From Takakia lepidozioides (Eukaryota; Plantae; Bryophyta): a DNA stretch of 64,000 bases. Location of the stretch: positions 41,292,001 through 41,356,000 of the forward strand of contig CM060731.1 of assembly GCA_030704615.1 (NCBI GenBank), given 5' to 3'. Of the stretch, positions 63,101 through 64,000 are shown one piece after another (within the stretch, counting starts at the first letter, position 1; each line of letters opens with the position of its first letter). The notes beneath the pieces were generated by a model. That model searched no databases, had not been told where the DNA came from, and saw nothing but the letters and a program-made list of their open reading frames with translations. The position numbers and the translations under genes were made by a program.

Positions 63101-63343
63101 GACTTGGGTCTGCAGGGCATCAAACACCCTACCTTGGAGCTCATGAAAAGTGTTGATTAGCAACACTGAAACCTGTGTGAGAGGTAAGAAATGGCGAAGA
63201 AAATAGATGAACAAGGGGTCATCCTTCCCTGCATCCAAACCCCTCGGAACATCCGATGGGCTCAGTGGTGGCAGGCCAGGAATGCAAATGGGCGTGGACT
63301 GATTGCTGGGAGGCAATAGGCCTTCATCTACGAGCCTTCTGAG
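60127..63343 (-). CDS. Family-1 UDP-glycosyltransferase, 3' exons (63343-63080, 62298-61971, 61541-61352, 60388-60127); N-terminal exon(s) not seen
   Basis: PSPG box [44 protein letters not shown], plus [17 protein letters not shown] and [12 protein letters not shown] junctions keep frame. Confidence 0.9.
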
Positions 63344-64000
63344 CTGCCATCACATTCGCACTTATGTCATTTATTGAAAAGGAAAACGCTATATTCTGCA
63401 TGATAAACATCAATATATACTCATACACTGCCCCTGACAAGCCTGTCTAAAGAGTTCCTTATAGCTACGGATGATGCCATGTTTACAATACTATGGCATG
63501 CCGACAGTACTCGGCAGAATTCCTCCCTCTCTCAAGATCTCTCTCTTTGCACCGTAAGCTGTTTGCTCTACCCGGGGACAATACGAGAGCTTTGTTGGTC
63601 TGTTTCTTCTCTCTCCCTCCTCGTTAGCAATTCCCTTCGCAAGAAAATGTCAAGTTTCTAGAAATTTGACTAGGATTTGCCCCTGTCCCGCTAAGTTTCG
63701 TTCTCCATTTCGAATTTCAGGTTGCTAGTATCCGGTCATACTCAGAACAGTGTGAAAACATGGTAAGACCTGTTTCAGTGCCCGCGTTGCTATGGACGAG
63801 TAAAGCACCATTACTTCATCATGTTAAGGTTTCATTCCTTTTGGCACCACGTCTGTCAAGTTTTCGTTCAGCTCTCGAGAGCAGATGTCTACTCCCCCTT
63901 TGGAAAATCTAGATCGAGATTGTTAGATTTTAAGAGAGCTAGAGGCGAATGCACACCTGGAACGCAAAGGATAGAAATGCGGCTCCCGTGGTAAATAGGA

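Overview
Eukaryotic land-plant nuclear DNA with GT-AG introns. The homogenised PLS-DYW PPR gene and the intron-rich UGT suggest a non-seed plant, which is an inference only. The left half is gene-rich. It holds a PROTODERMAL FACTOR1-like Pro-rich cell-wall gene (-), a UVR+SnoaL/NTF2-like gene (+), an intronless PLS-E-DYW RNA-editing PPR gene (+), a complete but decaying chromovirus-type Ty3/gypsy element (13763-19548, non-canonical TA...GA LTR ends, 5-bp TSD), a mitochondrial carrier gene (+) and AUGMIN5 (-). From about 30.8 kb to 60 kb the region is accessory and decayed. It contains an ABCA pseudogene split by a 3-kb composite hAT-like element (8-bp TSD), several tRNA-like Pol III heads, and gypsy/copia remnants. 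It also contains a patchwork of fragments of unrelated host genes (CYP72-clan P450, NTRC, DPB4/NF-YB-like x2, PPR, cyclopropane-synthase oxidase domain), several of which retain introns. A multi-exon UDP-glycosyltransferase (-) closes the window. All family assignments come from motif recognition by eye; no searches were run.
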